From assembly GCA_017410375.1 (NCBI GenBank), contig JAFQQW010000058.1:9192-73191 (forward strand): a DNA stretch of 64,000 nt, in the 5' to 3' direction. The notes under the pieces are model-generated. The model did not search any database. It saw only the letters and a program-made list of their open reading frames with translations, and was not told where the DNA came from. The position numbers were made by a program, and so were the translations under genes. Positions 62,204 to 64,000 of this stretch are shown piece by piece; positions within the stretch are counted from its first letter, which is position 1; each line of letters opens with the position of its first letter. This DNA comes from Clostridia bacterium. Lineage in GTDB: Bacteria; Bacillota; Clostridia; RGIG6154.

Positions 62204-63451
62204 TTATTCAAAACAGCTTCTGATGATTTCAATCACAACATCCTGCTCCTGCTCTGTCATACGGATATCGCTGGGCAAGCACAGACCACGATGGAAAATA
62301 TCCTCGCCCACTTCAGAATAGTCGCCCGATGCAATGTAGGCATTGGTACGGCATCTGCCGTCGCCCGTCGCGGTTACATAGGGATTCATGCGGAAGATGG
62401 GTTGCATATGCATGGGCTTCCAGATGGGTCTGCCCTCTGCATTGTATTTGGCAAGTGCCTCTAAAATTTCTGTGGGACAGCTTTTTCCGCTTTCGGGAAT
62501 GAAAAGTGCCTCGCTGTCACTTCTGACCTGCTTGCACATAGCATCTTCGTCAATCAAAAGGCAGGACAGCCAGAAGTTCGGTTCGCATTCTTCGGGATTA
62601 TAGGGATTCATCGAAACGGGCAAATCCTTTAATCCCTCTTTGTAGCGCATATAAATTGCCTTTTTCTTGGCAATATGTTCTTCCAAGTACGGAAGCTGAC
62701 CGCGTACAACCCCCGCAATCACGTTGGACATGCGGTAATTGTAGCCGATTTCCTCATGCTGATACCAGGGTGCATTCTCACGGCTCTGGGTAGACCATTT
62801 GCGCGCACGGTTTGCCGCTTCCAAATCGTCGGTTAAGAGCATACCGCCCGAAGAGCCGGTTATAATTTTGTTGCCGTTAAAGCTGATGGCATTATATGTA
62901 CCGAATGTACCTGTCTGCACACCCTTATAAGAAGCACCAAAGGATTCTGCCGCGTCCTCAATTAAAATTGCACCGTGCTTTTCACAGACTGCCTTGATTT
63001 CATCCATTTTGGCAGGTGTGCCATATAGGTTTACGCTCACAACCACCTTTACATCCGGATACATCTCAAAGGCTTTTTCCAACGCCACCGGGTCCATGTT
63101 CCAGGTATCCCGTTCCGAATCAATAAATATCGGGATGCCCCCCTCATACACAACCGGGTTTACGGTTGCACTGAAAGTCATGTCCGAGCAGAACACATAA
63201 TCGCCTTTTTTAATGCCTGCAAGCTTCATGCAAAGGTGCAGTGCCGCAGTTCCGGCAGACAAAGCCACTGCATACTTGCAACCGATTTTTTCTGCCGCAA
63301 GGCGTTCCACCTCATTGATATTCTTGCCAACCGTAGACATCCAGTTGGTTTCGTACGCCTCTGTCACATATTGAATCTCTTCGCCGTGCATGCATGGCGA
63401 AGCAAGCCAGATTCGATTTTCGAACGGCTTGAACGCTTTTGTATGTGCCAT
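62204..63451 (-). CDS. DegT/DnrJ/EryC1/StrS-family PLP-dependent sugar aminotransferase
   Basis: Fold-type I aminotransferase with SxNGNK(I/L) lysine region (ISFNGNKIIT); first gene of the operon, GGGGG RBS. Confidence 0.9.
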   Translation of the reverse strand: MAHTKAFKPFENRIWLASPCMHGEEIQYVTEAYETNWMSTVGKNINEVERLAAEKIGCKYAVALSAGTAALHLCMKLAGIKKGDYVFCSDMTFSATVNPVVYEGGIPIFIDSERDTWNMDPVALEKAFEMYPDVKVVVSVNLYGTPAKMDEIKAVCEKHGAILIEDAAESFGASYKGVQTGTFGTYNAISFNGNKIITGSSGGMLLTDDLEAANRARKWSTQSRENAPWYQHEEIGYNYRMSNVIAGVVRGQLPYLEEHIAKKKAIYMRYKEGLKDLPVSMNPYNPEECEPNFWLSCLLIDEDAMCKQVRSDSEALFIPESGKSCPTEILEALAKYNAEGRPIWKPMHMQPIFRMNPYVTATGDGRCRTNAYIASGDYSEVGEDIFHRGLCLPSDIRMTEQEQDVVIEIIRSCFE

Positions 63452-63523
63452 ACTTTACCCCCCATATGGTCAATTTTTAAATTTCGCACTTATATATGTA
63501 AAAACACATGATTATTCTTTATA

Positions 63524-63552
63524 ATTATATCACGAAGCAGTATCTTTGTCAA
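63524..63552 (-). promoter_or_regulatory. perfect consensus sigma-A promoter TTGACA-17-TATAAT driving the polysaccharide operon
   Basis: -35 at 63547-63552 and -10 at 63524-63529 on the minus strand; leader of about 65 nt to the DegT start. Confidence 0.6.
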
Positions 63553-63596
63553 CGTATTTTCTATCCCTCTTTTCGGTCAAAAAGCCTCTTTTTTTG

Positions 63597-64000
63597 ACAT
63601 CTGAAGCGTTCCGCCCATTCATACAATGTAGGGCAGGGGCTTGCTCCTGCCGAAAAAGGCGAAATGATACGCAGGTACTTCCCTACAAGACGTTAATTTG
63701 ACATCTGAAGCGTTCTGCCCATTCATACAATGTAGGGCAGGGGCTTGCTCCTGCCGAAAAAGGCGGAACGAGCAAGCCCGTTCCCTACAAGATTGTAATA
63801 AAACAACTTTGTGCTTGCAAATTTTGTTAAATTGCAGCAAAATTCAATTGCAGAGAAGCAGCTGTGCGAAATGATACGTAGGTGCTTCCCTGCAAGACGT
63901 TAATTTGACATCTGAAGCGTTCTGCCCATTCATACAATGTAGGGCAGGGGCTTGCTCCTGCCGAAAAAGGCGGAACGAGCAAGCCCGTTCTCTACAAGAT
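63597..64000. repeat. tandem long-palindrome repeats of about 100 bp (three or more copies, one with an internal deletion of about 120 bp), running off the window edge
   Basis: Unit GACATCTGAAGCGTTCTGCCCATTCATACAATGTAGGGCAGGGGCTTGCTC...GAGCAAGCCCGTTCCCTACAAG at 63597, 63700 and 63907. Confidence 0.7.

Noticed and set aside
63597-64000. Possible CRISPR array (regularly spaced repeats at the window edge)
   Set aside because: The units are about 100 bp long and are internal long hairpins with conserved flanks. One copy is a deletion derivative of another. There are no short direct repeats of 28-37 bp with unique spacers, and no cas genes.

Overview
The window reads as Firmicutes/Clostridia-like chromosome with four parts. 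(1) 1-3950: the right-hand end of a PBSX-like prophage or defective-phage packaging module on the minus strand (terminase large subunit, portal-like protein, small proteins). It is followed at 3900-5850 by a dense junction of several short palindromic repeat families and no convincing genes. (2) 5850-18200: a carbohydrate-uptake and catabolism island with an LplABC-type ABC importer, NhaC, a flavin-reductase/rubredoxin fusion, an AraC regulator, three TIM-barrel hydrolase-like genes and a SIS protein. The island is bracketed by two divergent, paralogous ~82-aa proteins. Each paralog sits behind a homologous, structured, terminator-containing leader RNA. (3) 19150-38050: a 1660-aa secreted multidomain protein, a THUMP RNA methyltransferase, a GH39-like hydrolase, galT, a DUF559 endonuclease, a GH78-GH43-EEP-MBL catabolic operon and an RbsACB-like sugar ABC importer. 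After these comes a YgjV-like membrane protein whose 5'-UTR carries an unusual array of 8-mer inverted repeats and tetraloop hairpins. (4) 38407-63451: one minus-strand polysaccharide-biosynthesis operon of about 25 kb and about 21 genes. In 5'-to-3' transcription order it runs DegT aminotransferase, PglC-like initiating transferase, ATP-grasp, CapK-like adenylating enzyme, four GT4 glycosyltransferases, a TupA-like ATP-grasp, two further glycosyltransferase-like genes, pyruvyl transferase with its F420-dehydrogenase-like partner, Wzy, Wzx, an Fkp-like bifunctional fucokinase/GDP-fucose pyrophosphorylase, UDP-GlcA 4-epimerase, a GalK-like kinase, a nucleotidyltransferase and Ugd. It is driven by a perfect consensus sigma-A promoter at 63524-63552. 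Tandem palindromic repeats of about 100 bp lie upstream and run off the window edge. I found no rRNA, tRNA or CRISPR. All product calls rest on motif recognition by eye and on gene context. No database search was run.
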